A stretch of 64,000 bases of DNA from Candidatus Saccharimonadales bacterium (GCA_046350615.1 JAXMAA010000001.1:200480-264479), one strand, 5' to 3'; positions 37,821-46,347 are shown, numbered from the stretch's first letter. Translations and numbers: made by a program. The notes: generated from the letters alone by a model not told the origin.

Positions 37821-39641
37821 CTACAGCCTGTCTTTAATTTGCTTGAATAGTTTTTCGACAGCACTAATCGTAGTTTTTGCAAAGTCATCTTTCTTGAAGT
37901 CTCCGTTTTCAACTGCCAAGCAAAACTTAACCGCCATAAGAACCTTTGATTCTTTATTACTACCCATGTAAGCCGAGTTTGACTCGGTGTAAGTAAGTGT
38001 TTTGTCACCTAGCACATGGGTCTTGAAGTCACCCTTGGTAAATATGTCTTCGACCCCTTCACATCCATCAATCGGTAATAAGTTTGCTTTTGCCAAGTCA
38101 TCGTTACCGCCGTAAACTTCTGATTTTAACTTTCTCCGAATCCTCTTGCCAGCATCATCGTCGTCGGTCAGCACAATGAATTGAAGCCCCCACCCAAGGA
38201 AAAGATTAACTAGCAGTGGTATCTTAGTTACGCCAGTTGAGGGAATAAAATTCATCTCGTGTGCTTCACCAAGCAGGTGCTTGAATGCCTTCAGGTAGTA
38301 AAACGCACTCGGCTCTTCGAGTATGATATTATTTTTTGCTTTTATGACTCTCTGGTGCTGCAGATTTACTCCAATAAGTGTGTAGATGGGTAGCAACGTA
38401 TCTTGTGATGCTGTACCAAGCTCGTGAACACCGTAGACTTTCGTTTCACTGTTATCATCATCTTCATTCGACCTCTGTACCGCCAGCAGTCTATAAAGCG
38501 TATCGGCTTCTATGAGGTAGGGTGAGTGCGTAGTGTATATAATCTGAAGACTCTTTTTAATATCTTCAAAGACTTTTAGCACATCTTCTTGCGCCTTACC
38601 ATGCAAACTTGCACCGGGCTCGTCTATTAGTAGTACTTGTCCCTTTTCGCTCAACATAGCGCTTGCTTTGAGCTGCAAGAAAAAGGAAAGAAACCACTGC
38701 ACACCCTTACTGCGCTGCGCTGGGTGCAGGACCTCCTCACCATCCTTCACCCAGAAAACTAGATATGGTTGGCCTGCTGTCGCAGGGTCTGTATCACTAT
38801 GTCTCTTTAGATCAAACTCAATCTCTATCTTATTATTTTTTCCTATGTACTGACTCCAGAATTCTTGAAATTCCTTCGTGAGTTTTTTGTTAGCATCCCT
38901 GATTCGCCGTTCAATAATTCTCTCGTTGTCGCCAGATATATCCTCTGGTTTTATCCCGATTATCGTCAGGAAGTTTTGCGCGCCTTTTATGCCTTTAGTT
39001 TTCTGATTATTCTTCACTACATCTGACAGGTCTATCTTTGCCGGGAGCAGACTACCATAGTCTGCAAATAATTCGAATACTGGCATCTCATCCGACAGGC
39101 CAGACAAGAATTCATCTGCTGTTGGTTGTGACTTACTTTCAACTTCCGGCTCGGGTGTTGCCTCGGGCGTAGTGCCCGGCTCACCATCACCAGGTTCAGG
39201 CGCATCCTCGTTCACGGCCGCATCGCCCACTTGACCCGTGTCTTCCTCTTCTTGCCAGTAATCTATCAAGTTGCTCTGCTCAAGAGAAAAGACGCTATCC
39301 TTTTCGGTAACACCAGACCAACGCCGAACAAAGTTCACTCTGTTTTTGTTCTTCTTAATGACTCCGATTAGATCCTCGTGAAGCTCAAAGTTCTCAAATA
39401 TATCGATTAGCTCAGATTCAGTCAGCTCAAAGGAGCAGCATACTTCTGGATATGACCCATCACTCCTCAGGTAATCTTCATCTAAGACACCATTATCAAA
39501 ACTGTGAAGCGCCTCAAGAACTGAACTTTTGCCCGATTCATTTTGACCAATAAGTCCAGTTATATTGTCGGTCGACAAGTCGCGCCAGCCCGTATCTAAG
39601 ATGGATCGAAAGTTTCTTATCCTAAATGCAATCAATTTCAC
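37821..39641 (-). CDS. OLD-family nuclease (ABC-type ATPase + TOPRIM)
   Basis: Start moved to GTG 39641 (aaggagg 7 nt upstream). Walker A GQNESGKSS, Walker B LLIDEPGASLH, H-loop YTTHSP, TOPRIM Glu (IILEEPS) and DxD (VLTDDDDAGKR). Confidence 0.85.
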   Translation of the reverse strand: MKLIAFRIRNFRSILDTGWRDLSTDNITGLIGQNESGKSSVLEALHSFDNGVLDEDYLRSDGSYPEVCCSFELTESELIDIFENFELHEDLIGVIKKNKNRVNFVRRWSGVTEKDSVFSLEQSNLIDYWQEEEDTGQVGDAAVNEDAPEPGDGEPGTTPEATPEPEVESKSQPTADEFLSGLSDEMPVFELFADYGSLLPAKIDLSDVVKNNQKTKGIKGAQNFLTIIGIKPEDISGDNERIIERRIRDANKKLTKEFQEFWSQYIGKNNKIEIEFDLKRHSDTDPATAGQPYLVFWVKDGEEVLHPAQRSKGVQWFLSFFLQLKASAMLSEKGQVLLIDEPGASLHGKAQEDVLKVFEDIKKSLQIIYTTHSPYLIEADTLYRLLAVQRSNEDDDNSETKVYGVHELGTASQDTLLPIYTLIGVNLQHQRVIKAKNNIILEEPSAFYYLKAFKHLLGEAHEMNFIPSTGVTKIPLLVNLFLGWGLQFIVLTDDDDAGKRIRRKLKSEVYGGNDDLAKANLLPIDGCEGVEDIFTKGDFKTHVLGDKTLTYTESNSAYMGSNKESKVLMAVKFCLAVENGDFKKDDFAKTTISAVEKLFKQIKDRL

Positions 39642-39726
39642 CCTACACCTCCTTTGAGCAATTGTTGATTTAATTATAACCTTTCCACGTCTCAAAATAA
39701 ATACTGTATAATGCTTATGCTTATTG

Positions 39727-40272
39727 TCAAATTCCCTCTTCTTTTCTACTGATGGCTAGTGCGAGCAGCTCTCCCCAGCCCTTGCCAATGCCCTCTTCAC
39801 TCTCTGGCTTCGCGGCACTAACACTAGTTGGAAGCCCCATAATCACTCGCTCGCCATCAATTGCAGTCTTGAGCGCCCTCGCCAAGCTCGCCAGCTGACT
39901 AGCATCAACTGAGGAAACTCTAATTCTCTCGCCGGTTGTTGGGTCAACCAGAATTTTACCTTCCTGAGCAATTTCAGCGATCATACTAGATATAACGATT
40001 TGCAGGTTACGGTATTGCATTAAATGCTGTTCGTTTCGAGCAGTCGCTGATTTCTTATAGTCCTGTTCTGTCTTTTTCCCAGCCTTTTCGCCTAACAAAC
40101 GCCGACGCATCGCCCACGTTGTTTTGGAGCCATCTGGTCTTACTTTGGCTGCCTGGCGTTCAACAGCTCGCTTTGTGACATTAAACTCCTTGGCAACGTC
40201 TGAATAAGACCTGGTGGCGTCTTCTATAAACCAGGCGTACGCTTTGTTCCAATCTACTTTTTGAGTTGCCAC
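39727..40272 (-). CDS. hypothetical protein with putative N-terminal HTH (phage small-terminase/regulator-like)
   Basis: YSDVAKEFNVTKRAVERQAAK looks like a helix-turn-helix. GTG start with gaaagg upstream. 181 aa. Confidence 0.45.
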   Translation of the reverse strand: MATQKVDWNKAYAWFIEDATRSYSDVAKEFNVTKRAVERQAAKVRPDGSKTTWAMRRRLLGEKAGKKTEQDYKKSATARNEQHLMQYRNLQIVISSMIAEIAQEGKILVDPTTGERIRVSSVDASQLASLARALKTAIDGERVIMGLPTSVSAAKPESEEGIGKGWGELLALAISRKEEGI

Positions 40273-40320
40273 GCTAAAACCTTTCGTTTATGCGTGGTTG
40301 CTTATGCTTAGTATATCAGA

Positions 40321-41040
40321 TTAGTGTGTTGGCGCTTTCGCGTGTTCGGCAACATACCGCTTTGCGTTACCAGCTGCAACCTCACTGTATTTAATATTCA
40401 TTTCAGTGAAGTCGCGTGTCATCTTGCCCATGCTACCACCACCGGTATTACCACTATCGATCTGTTTCTCAAGCTCGATATCACCCGTAGTTGTATGCAG
40501 AACATAGTAAAAGTTTCCTTTGACTCTGCCTTGTTCCTTCTTCTTTGGCGCAGCCAACGCAAAAACACCAACTGTTGCCAGCCGAGTAGCCGTGACACGC
40601 TGTGATGAGCTCATTTGTCTTTCATCACTTGATTGCTTATCAAAACTAATAATCTGATCCCATGGTAGTTCTTTTATAACCACCCGCTTATTCTTGCGCT
40701 TGCCATTCGTAACCGTTACGCCAAGCTCACCAAATTCAAGCTCAAGGTATTCTTGGCCGTGAATATCTGGGTGTGAGCTGTAATAGATGCCGCTAACCGC
40801 CAGCTTCTTTTGTTTTGCATCCTTGTCCTGAGGTGTATTAAGTTCTTCCTCCGATTTTGATGCAATTATGATGATGTCGATGAGCCACCAAATACCTAAA
40901 CCGCCCAAGGTGCAAAGTTTTAGGATACCTGTACCAATCTTGCCTTGATAAAAACGGTCCGCACCGATTGTGCCTGCAAATATTGCTAGTAACAGTGCTG
41001 TTTGCTTGCTTTTGTTGGTTGATTCTTTTGCTTCGCTCAT
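40321..41040 (-). CDS. TM2-domain membrane protein with cytoplasmic C-terminal domain
   Basis: LLAIFAGTIGADRFYQGKIGTGILKLCTLGGLGIWWLIDIIIIA is a TM2 domain. Confidence 0.7.
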   Translation of the reverse strand: MSEAKESTNKSKQTALLLAIFAGTIGADRFYQGKIGTGILKLCTLGGLGIWWLIDIIIIASKSEEELNTPQDKDAKQKKLAVSGIYYSSHPDIHGQEYLELEFGELGVTVTNGKRKNKRVVIKELPWDQIISFDKQSSDERQMSSSQRVTATRLATVGVFALAAPKKKEQGRVKGNFYYVLHTTTGDIELEKQIDSGNTGGGSMGKMTRDFTEMNIKYSEVAAGNAKRYVAEHAKAPTH

Positions 41041-41130
41041 ACTACCCCCAGATTAATGTTGATCTGTACGGCAAAACAAAAAGCCCGCCGCCAGCGATGG
41101 CCGAAGCCACCCATACCCTTTCGAGTATGA

Positions 41131-41175
41131 CCATTCCGAATAGTGCTCTGACGACGAGCTTATTATTCGGAATGG
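41131..41175. repeat. 12-bp perfect inverted repeat in a divergent promoter region
   Basis: ccattccgaata (41131-41142) / tattcggaatgg (41164-41175), 21-nt spacer. Lies between the divergent genes 40321-41040 (-) and 41282-41956 (+). Confidence 0.7.
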
Positions 41176-41281
41176 ATTTTGGTGACCATGCCAATTGCTT
41201 GGTTTAGGTCGTAGTGGTTTGACCACTTACCAATATTATACCCTGTTATTTACTATTTGTGATGGCATATACTCATAGGTA

Positions 41282-41956
41282 ATGAAAGCCAACCATGATA
41301 TAGAAAAAAGCCGCTGGTGGATGCTCGAAAAGATCAAGCAAGACAGCGAGACCAGCAAGAGTAAGAAGTTTATAACGAGCCTCGGTGAACCGGATGACGA
41401 ATACACCTCATCTCAACAACGAAAGGTTCTGCTTAGTTTCGTTGCCGATGGCATACTGCGCCTCAAGCCGCATCGTGAGCCATTAGCTGATCTTATTGCT
41501 ACCGCTAATCCTGAAACCTATTACCATGTCGACTCATTTGTCGTGACTCTGATTGAGCCAAACTTTACAGAAGTTCATGAAAAATATGCCAGCAAATTCC
41601 GGAACTACACTGCAAACCTTAGAAAAGAGTATGACGAGTTATACGTTGATATTAGTGATAGAAAGTACTTAATCCACAAGTATAAAGCCGGCTCTACGCT
41701 TGATGATTTGATTGATGAGCTATTCTTCAAACAGCACAATAAAAGAGTTCAACGAGATGATCTAATCAACCAAGGCATACTCCGAAAAACCGACAAGTCC
41801 CTCGCTAAGCTGATGCATAAAGCTGGCTTCACTGGGATCATTGCCCAAATATTCGTGCCTATTAGAGAGGCGACTGAGGTCAAACTTTCAACTTCTGCCG
41901 TCATTTCAACCGATCAAATGAACGCCATAGAACAGCATTTCAAGAGCACAAACTAG
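41282..41956 (+). CDS. hypothetical protein (224 aa)
   Basis: Clean ORF, first gene of the recombinase-side arm of the island. No recognisable motif. Confidence 0.5.
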   Translation: MKANHDIEKSRWWMLEKIKQDSETSKSKKFITSLGEPDDEYTSSQQRKVLLSFVADGILRLKPHREPLADLIATANPETYYHVDSFVVTLIEPNFTEVHEKYASKFRNYTANLRKEYDELYVDISDRKYLIHKYKAGSTLDDLIDELFFKQHNKRVQRDDLINQGILRKTDKSLAKLMHKAGFTGIIAQIFVPIREATEVKLSTSAVISTDQMNAIEQHFKSTN

Positions 41957-42079
41957 ACCACTCGCGAGTCTGTGCGTTCCCATAATTAGGCGGTTCAAAC
42001 TATTACACGATCCCCTAACGTTCCCTTAGGATTCCCTTCAAGCATCGTGAGGTACTTTTTGCTAGAAGATAACTGAGAT

Positions 42080-42373
42080 ATGAACTCAGTAGCGAAATTA
42101 TTAGAAAATCAAATCGAGAATGAGAATGAGAACTGGAAAGACATTCTTGATTTTCGGTTTGTTGATGAGTTCGTAGATGGCTTAGTAAGAAGATATAGGA
42201 ACCCTGAGTTCCGACGATGGTACTGCAAACTTGTTTATAACATCGGGCCTTATCGCATAAACGAGATTCAGGGGCGTGTTCAGGGCGCTAAAGATGAAGC
42301 GAAGTTGTTTAGTAAGTTAGCGAATCAGGAGCTGCAGCTGGTACTGAACAAGAAAAAGAGGCGTGATGGGTAA
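42080..42373 (+). CDS. hypothetical protein (97 aa)
   Basis: ORF with a basic C-terminus. Overlaps the next ORF by 11 nt. Confidence 0.45.
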   Translation: MNSVAKLLENQIENENENWKDILDFRFVDEFVDGLVRRYRNPEFRRWYCKLVYNIGPYRINEIQGRVQGAKDEAKLFSKLANQELQLVLNKKKRRDG

Positions 42374-42578
42374 ACATCAACAAAACCCATCATTGCAGTA
42401 TTCACTTACTGAAAACACCGCTGATGCCTCAGCTATTGATGCTGTATTTAATCAAATTTTCGAGGAGGTAACGACACAACAAGGGCTTACAAACAAAACC
42501 AGTAGCACTACAATGCCAACAGAGGTAAAAATCGAAAGGAACGATCATGAAACGAGTAGCGATATATGCGAGGGTTAG
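42363..42578 (+). CDS. hypothetical small protein (71 aa), uncertain
   Basis: Overlaps both neighbours. Its position immediately 5' of the recombinase would suit a directionality factor, but there is no sequence support. Confidence 0.3.
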   Translation: MMGKHQQNPSLQYSLTENTADASAIDAVFNQIFEEVTTQQGLTNKTSSTTMPTEVKIERNDHETSSDICEG

Positions 42579-44148
42579 CACCGCTCGCCAAGAAGAGGAA
42601 GAAACTATTGAGTCACAGATCGGTGCAATCAAAGACCGTGTCAAACAAGACGAACTTAGTGTTGATGAAGGCGCCATATATAAAGACGAGGGCTATACTG
42701 GCTCTATTATCGAACGCCCCTCCCTCGATAGATTACGTGATGCCTGCAAAGAACGGCTCTATGATGTAGTTTACGTGTTCGATTACGGTAGATTTTCGCG
42801 TGATCTAACGAACTTAATGCTAGTCAAAGACGAGATCGAAAAGCGTGAAATTGAAGTCCGATCACTCCACGAACGCATAACCGGTGAGTCAGCAATCGAT
42901 CGCCTGCTCTTGCAAGTTATGGGAGCATTTTTTGAGTACGAGAAAAAGAAGATTGCGCAGCGATTTCACAACGGCAAGATTCAAAAAGCAAAGCGTGGTG
43001 ACATTGTGGGCTATAATCCTCCGTATGGTTACACCTACATCAAAAAGTCCGACAAAACTCCTGGCAAGATAGAAATCAACCCAGCCGAAGCGGCGGTTGT
43101 GAAACAAATATTTGACTGGGTAACCGAAGATAACCTATCCACGTATGCGGTAATCAAGAAACTAGCTGAACATGGGATTCTCCCCCGCAAAAACAAAAGC
43201 AAATACTGGACTCGAGGCCCAATTAAAAGAATCCTCAACAACGAAACCTACATTGGCCTGCATCATTACAACAAGAGTGAGGCCATAGAACCGCGATATA
43301 GACTCAAGCAAACTAAGTACCGCAAGCAGCAGAAAACGGGTCGGCGACAACGACCTCGTGAGCAATGGCTTCCCTGTAAAGTTGATGCAATCATCACGAA
43401 ACAACAGTTTGACGAAGCACAGAAGCAAATGCAACGACAAAAGAAGTATCGCCGCCGCAATATCAGACACCCCTATTTGCTTACCGGCATGATTGAATGC
43501 CCGTGTGGATCAAGACGTAATGGTGACGGACCTGACGGCAAGAAATATTACCGATGCATAATCAGGCACCTGTATTACGACCGAATCAATCGTTGTACTG
43601 TTGGGGGTCTGAACGTTCAAATACTCGACCGACTCGTCTGGTCAGAGATTGAACAACTTCTCACCCGCCCCGATGTCATTCGCTCACATGCCGAACAGTG
43701 GCTCTCAAAGCGCAATGAACACCAAGAACCGCAAGATGATGTAGATAGTAAGCTCAAGCAGCTCAGAGCGGTCGAGAACGAGCAAAGACGCTATGTTGAT
43801 GCATACGGCAAAGGCAGCCTGAGCGAAGAGTTGTTCAACGAAAAAATGGCCGAAACAAATGCTAGTCTCAAGTTGATCAAGAAACAGATACAAGAGTCCT
43901 CGCAAAACAGAGGTGAAGCTGTTAAAATAAGTGTTGATCAAATCGTTGAAATGGCCGTATTCAAAATTGAGAGCCTCGACTTTGCAGCAAAACGCGATAT
44001 TGTCGAACGAGTAATAGACAAAGTAATCGCCGATCCGAAAGAGGTAAAAATATGGGGACACTTACCCGTCAATACAGAAAAGGTAAACTATGAGCCTAAG
44101 CATCGGAATTGTAGGTCTGCCGAATGTTGGGAAGTCGACGTTGTTTAA
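42547..44148 (+). CDS. large serine recombinase (resolvase + recombinase + Zn-ribbon domains)
   Basis: RVAIYARVSTARQ catalytic Ser region, recombinase-domain motifs (YGY...), CPCGS...YYRC Zn ribbon, coiled-coil tail. 533 aa. The last 59 nt overlap ychF. Confidence 0.85.
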   Translation: MKRVAIYARVSTARQEEEETIESQIGAIKDRVKQDELSVDEGAIYKDEGYTGSIIERPSLDRLRDACKERLYDVVYVFDYGRFSRDLTNLMLVKDEIEKREIEVRSLHERITGESAIDRLLLQVMGAFFEYEKKKIAQRFHNGKIQKAKRGDIVGYNPPYGYTYIKKSDKTPGKIEINPAEAAVVKQIFDWVTEDNLSTYAVIKKLAEHGILPRKNKSKYWTRGPIKRILNNETYIGLHHYNKSEAIEPRYRLKQTKYRKQQKTGRRQRPREQWLPCKVDAIITKQQFDEAQKQMQRQKKYRRRNIRHPYLLTGMIECPCGSRRNGDGPDGKKYYRCIIRHLYYDRINRCTVGGLNVQILDRLVWSEIEQLLTRPDVIRSHAEQWLSKRNEHQEPQDDVDSKLKQLRAVENEQRRYVDAYGKGSLSEELFNEKMAETNASLKLIKKQIQESSQNRGEAVKISVDQIVEMAVFKIESLDFAAKRDIVERVIDKVIADPKEVKIWGHLPVNTEKVNYEPKHRNCRSAECWEVDVV

Positions 44149-45190
44149 TGCGTTGACGAAGAATGATATTTTGGCGGCCAATTACCCGTTTGCCACGATT
44201 GAGCCGAATACAGGGATTGTGCCGGTACCAGATGAACGGCTACTGAAATTAAGCGAGCTGTATAATAATGCGCCGATTGTACCGGCCGCAGTTACGTTTG
44301 TTGATATTGCAGGTTTGGTTGCAGGCGCAAGCAAGGGCGAGGGCCTTGGTAATCAATTCTTGGCTAATATTCGCGAGTGTGCCGCCATCGTCCACCTGGT
44401 GCGGGCTTTTGAGAATAATGATATTGTTCACGTTCACGATCGTATTCACCCGAAAGAAGATATTGAAATCATTAACACTGAGTTGATGCTGGCAGATCTG
44501 CAAACGGTGGAGAAAAGTTTGCCTCGAATTGCCAAGGAGGCCAAAGCTAATCCGAAGTTTAAGCCAATTCTCGAGTTGCTTACCCAACTGCAACAGCTCC
44601 TTGAAGCCGGCGATATTATTGGTATCCACGGACTGGTAAAAGATCTGGATCCTGAATCGGAATCCGGGATGACGCTTCGCTCAATGCAGCTGATGAGCGT
44701 AAAACCAGTAATTTATGTGTTCAATATTGATGAGGAAAACTTAACGAACACCGAGAAGCAGCAAGAGCTAACTCAATTAGTTGCCCCCGCCCAAAGTTTG
44801 TTTGTAAACGCCCAATTAGAGGCTGAGCTCAAAGATATGCCCGAAACTGATGCCGCAGAACTATTAGAGAGCTACGGGCAAACCGAATCTGGCCTCACAA
44901 AGGTTATCCACGCCGCCTTCTCTACCCTTAGGCTTCAAAGCTATCTCACAGCTGGTGAAAAAGAGGTGCGAGCCTGGACCATCAAGCAAGGCTCTACCGC
45001 TCCTGAAGCTGCTGGCGTTATTCACGGCGATTTTGAGCGCGGATTCATCGCCGCCGAAGTAGTAACCTGCAACGATCTCCTCACCGCAGGCTCAGTTTCT
45101 GCCGCCAAAAGCGCCGGCAAGGTTCGCACTGAAGGCAAAACCTACATCATGCAACCCGATGACATCGTCGAATTCCGCTTCAATGTATAG
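44090..45190 (+). CDS. ychF: redox-regulated ribosome-binding ATPase YchF
   Basis: GIVGLPNVGKSTLFNALT, DIAGLV.GASKGEGLGNQFL, and the C-terminal TGS domain ...DFERGFIAAEV...GKTYIMQPDDIVEFRFNV. Confidence 0.9.
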   Translation: MSLSIGIVGLPNVGKSTLFNALTKNDILAANYPFATIEPNTGIVPVPDERLLKLSELYNNAPIVPAAVTFVDIAGLVAGASKGEGLGNQFLANIRECAAIVHLVRAFENNDIVHVHDRIHPKEDIEIINTELMLADLQTVEKSLPRIAKEAKANPKFKPILELLTQLQQLLEAGDIIGIHGLVKDLDPESESGMTLRSMQLMSVKPVIYVFNIDEENLTNTEKQQELTQLVAPAQSLFVNAQLEAELKDMPETDAAELLESYGQTESGLTKVIHAAFSTLRLQSYLTAGEKEVRAWTIKQGSTAPEAAGVIHGDFERGFIAAEVVTCNDLLTAGSVSAAKSAGKVRTEGKTYIMQPDDIVEFRFNV

Positions 45191-45195
45191 GCCGA

Positions 45196-45216
45196 GATCT
45201 TAGATCTTAGATCTTA
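45196..45216. repeat. 3 x 7-nt tandem repeat gatctta
   Basis: gatctta gatctta gatctta directly after the ychF stop. Related to the ..agatctaagatct.. motif at 1508-1545, 10826-10860 and 24507-24536. Confidence 0.8.
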
Positions 45217-45671
45217 GAAAATAGTTTATGAAAACAAGCACCCAACAATCCCCGCGAAGCGGGTCAGCTAGCCCCCACCCCCTCGCCAAAACCCGAATAC
45301 CGGAAGTCTGGTTTTTTCGAGTCAAGGAGCAACTTGCCCGAACCCATAGTTCTATAGCATGTGAGGGATGCTTGTCATTGTTGCGACGCGGAAAAACCAG
45401 ACTGGAGGTATATCGAGCTTTTGGTGCTGGGGGTGCAGTTTTTGTTCTCTTTTTGCTGACAAAAAGGAGAGAAAGAAAAACATTCTCCTCACCACTTTTG
45501 ACAGCAAAAGTGGAGCAAAACTGCCAACCAGAACTCACCAAGACGATGTTACGAGCGGTTGGTTCGATGGTTAGGAAGGAAGCTGTATCGCCAGCGATGA
45601 TAGCAACCGGGCCCCTGCCAGAGCCTGTGCTTAATTTGATCGGATACAGGCTATGCCGAAGATGCAAGTTG

Positions 45672-46277
45672 CTATGTCTGGGAGACTTCGAGTTCTAGAA
45701 CCTGGCGGCCTGCTTTATTTGAGCGAGAGGCTACATCAACGAAGCGCGAAGCACGGCGCCAGCGCGCAATTCTGTTGGCAAGATACTGTTCGAGCTGCGG
45801 GTTCATTTTATAAAGTGGCCGTACCACTTCTTGCTCAAGCACAGTCGTTTGGGTAGAGTTCGGATCCACCATATGAGAAGCAGTTCGTCTCCTCTCTTGT
45901 ACTTCGAACATCTTCTGCTGAACCATCTGTGCAAGCAGCCTGAGTTCTCTGCGATGCCACGAACGAAACTGCATCTCACGACCCGCGTAGTAAAAGCGAA
46001 TGGAAGCCATGATAGCTTGTTGGCTAAAGTTTACCTCTTTAATTGACTCGAAGCGAACATCTTCAAAGCTGGAGCGCATCAACTTTTTATCAACCAGAAG
46101 TATCCGCCTTGATGTTACACAGAGAACAGCTGTTCCCGCAGTATAAATGCCGCTGATGACTGCTAAAACTCGCTCATCGGGCATCAGCAAACGAGGCAGC
46201 TCAATCATTTCTCGTTTTGAAAAGAAATTTAATCGAGTTAGTGCTTGTGTTGGGTAACTTGTCACCTGTGCCATCAC
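45672..46277 (-). CDS. bacterial PH-domain (YokE-like) protein
   Basis: LLMPDERVLAVISGIY...VLCVTSRRILLVDKKL...SIKEVNF pattern. 201 aa. Confidence 0.55.
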   Translation of the reverse strand: MMAQVTSYPTQALTRLNFFSKREMIELPRLLMPDERVLAVISGIYTAGTAVLCVTSRRILLVDKKLMRSSFEDVRFESIKEVNFSQQAIMASIRFYYAGREMQFRSWHRRELRLLAQMVQQKMFEVQERRRTASHMVDPNSTQTTVLEQEVVRPLYKMNPQLEQYLANRIARWRRASRFVDVASRSNKAGRQVLELEVSQT

Positions 46278-46347
46278 ATATCCTCCGCTTACAACCTCAG
46301 TATAGGTCCCGTCAGGCTTATGAACTGTGCGCTGTTACACAAAGGGC

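Noticed and set aside
37763-38008. 81-aa ORF overlapping the 3' end of the OLD nuclease gene
   Set aside because: It is an out-of-frame overlap with a strongly supported CDS.
119-45549. The two 26-mers as attL/attR of a 45-kb integrated element
   Set aside because: The interval contains core genes (tRNAs, ndk, uppP, the pil locus). The similarity also continues into a second block with a variable insertion, which fits a repeated structured element rather than a recombination core.
45230-45670. Tried to assign the structured region to RNase P RNA, tmRNA, SRP RNA or a cobalamin riboswitch
   Set aside because: - No GGAAAGTCCGG / ACAGAA.CCGGCTTA pair with the right spacing (the GGAAGTCTGG helix closes after only ~75 nt).
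- No tRNA-like ...TCCACCA end or plausible tag ORF.
- The 10-mer GGAAGGAAGC matches E. coli 4.5S RNA, but the flanks cannot form helix 8.
- No B12 box.
45200-45698. 155-aa (-) and 156-aa (+) ORFs overlapping each other
   Set aside because: They are mutually antisense, have low-complexity or odd composition, have no RBS or homology features, and the region folds into many hairpins. Treated as non-coding (candidate RNA).
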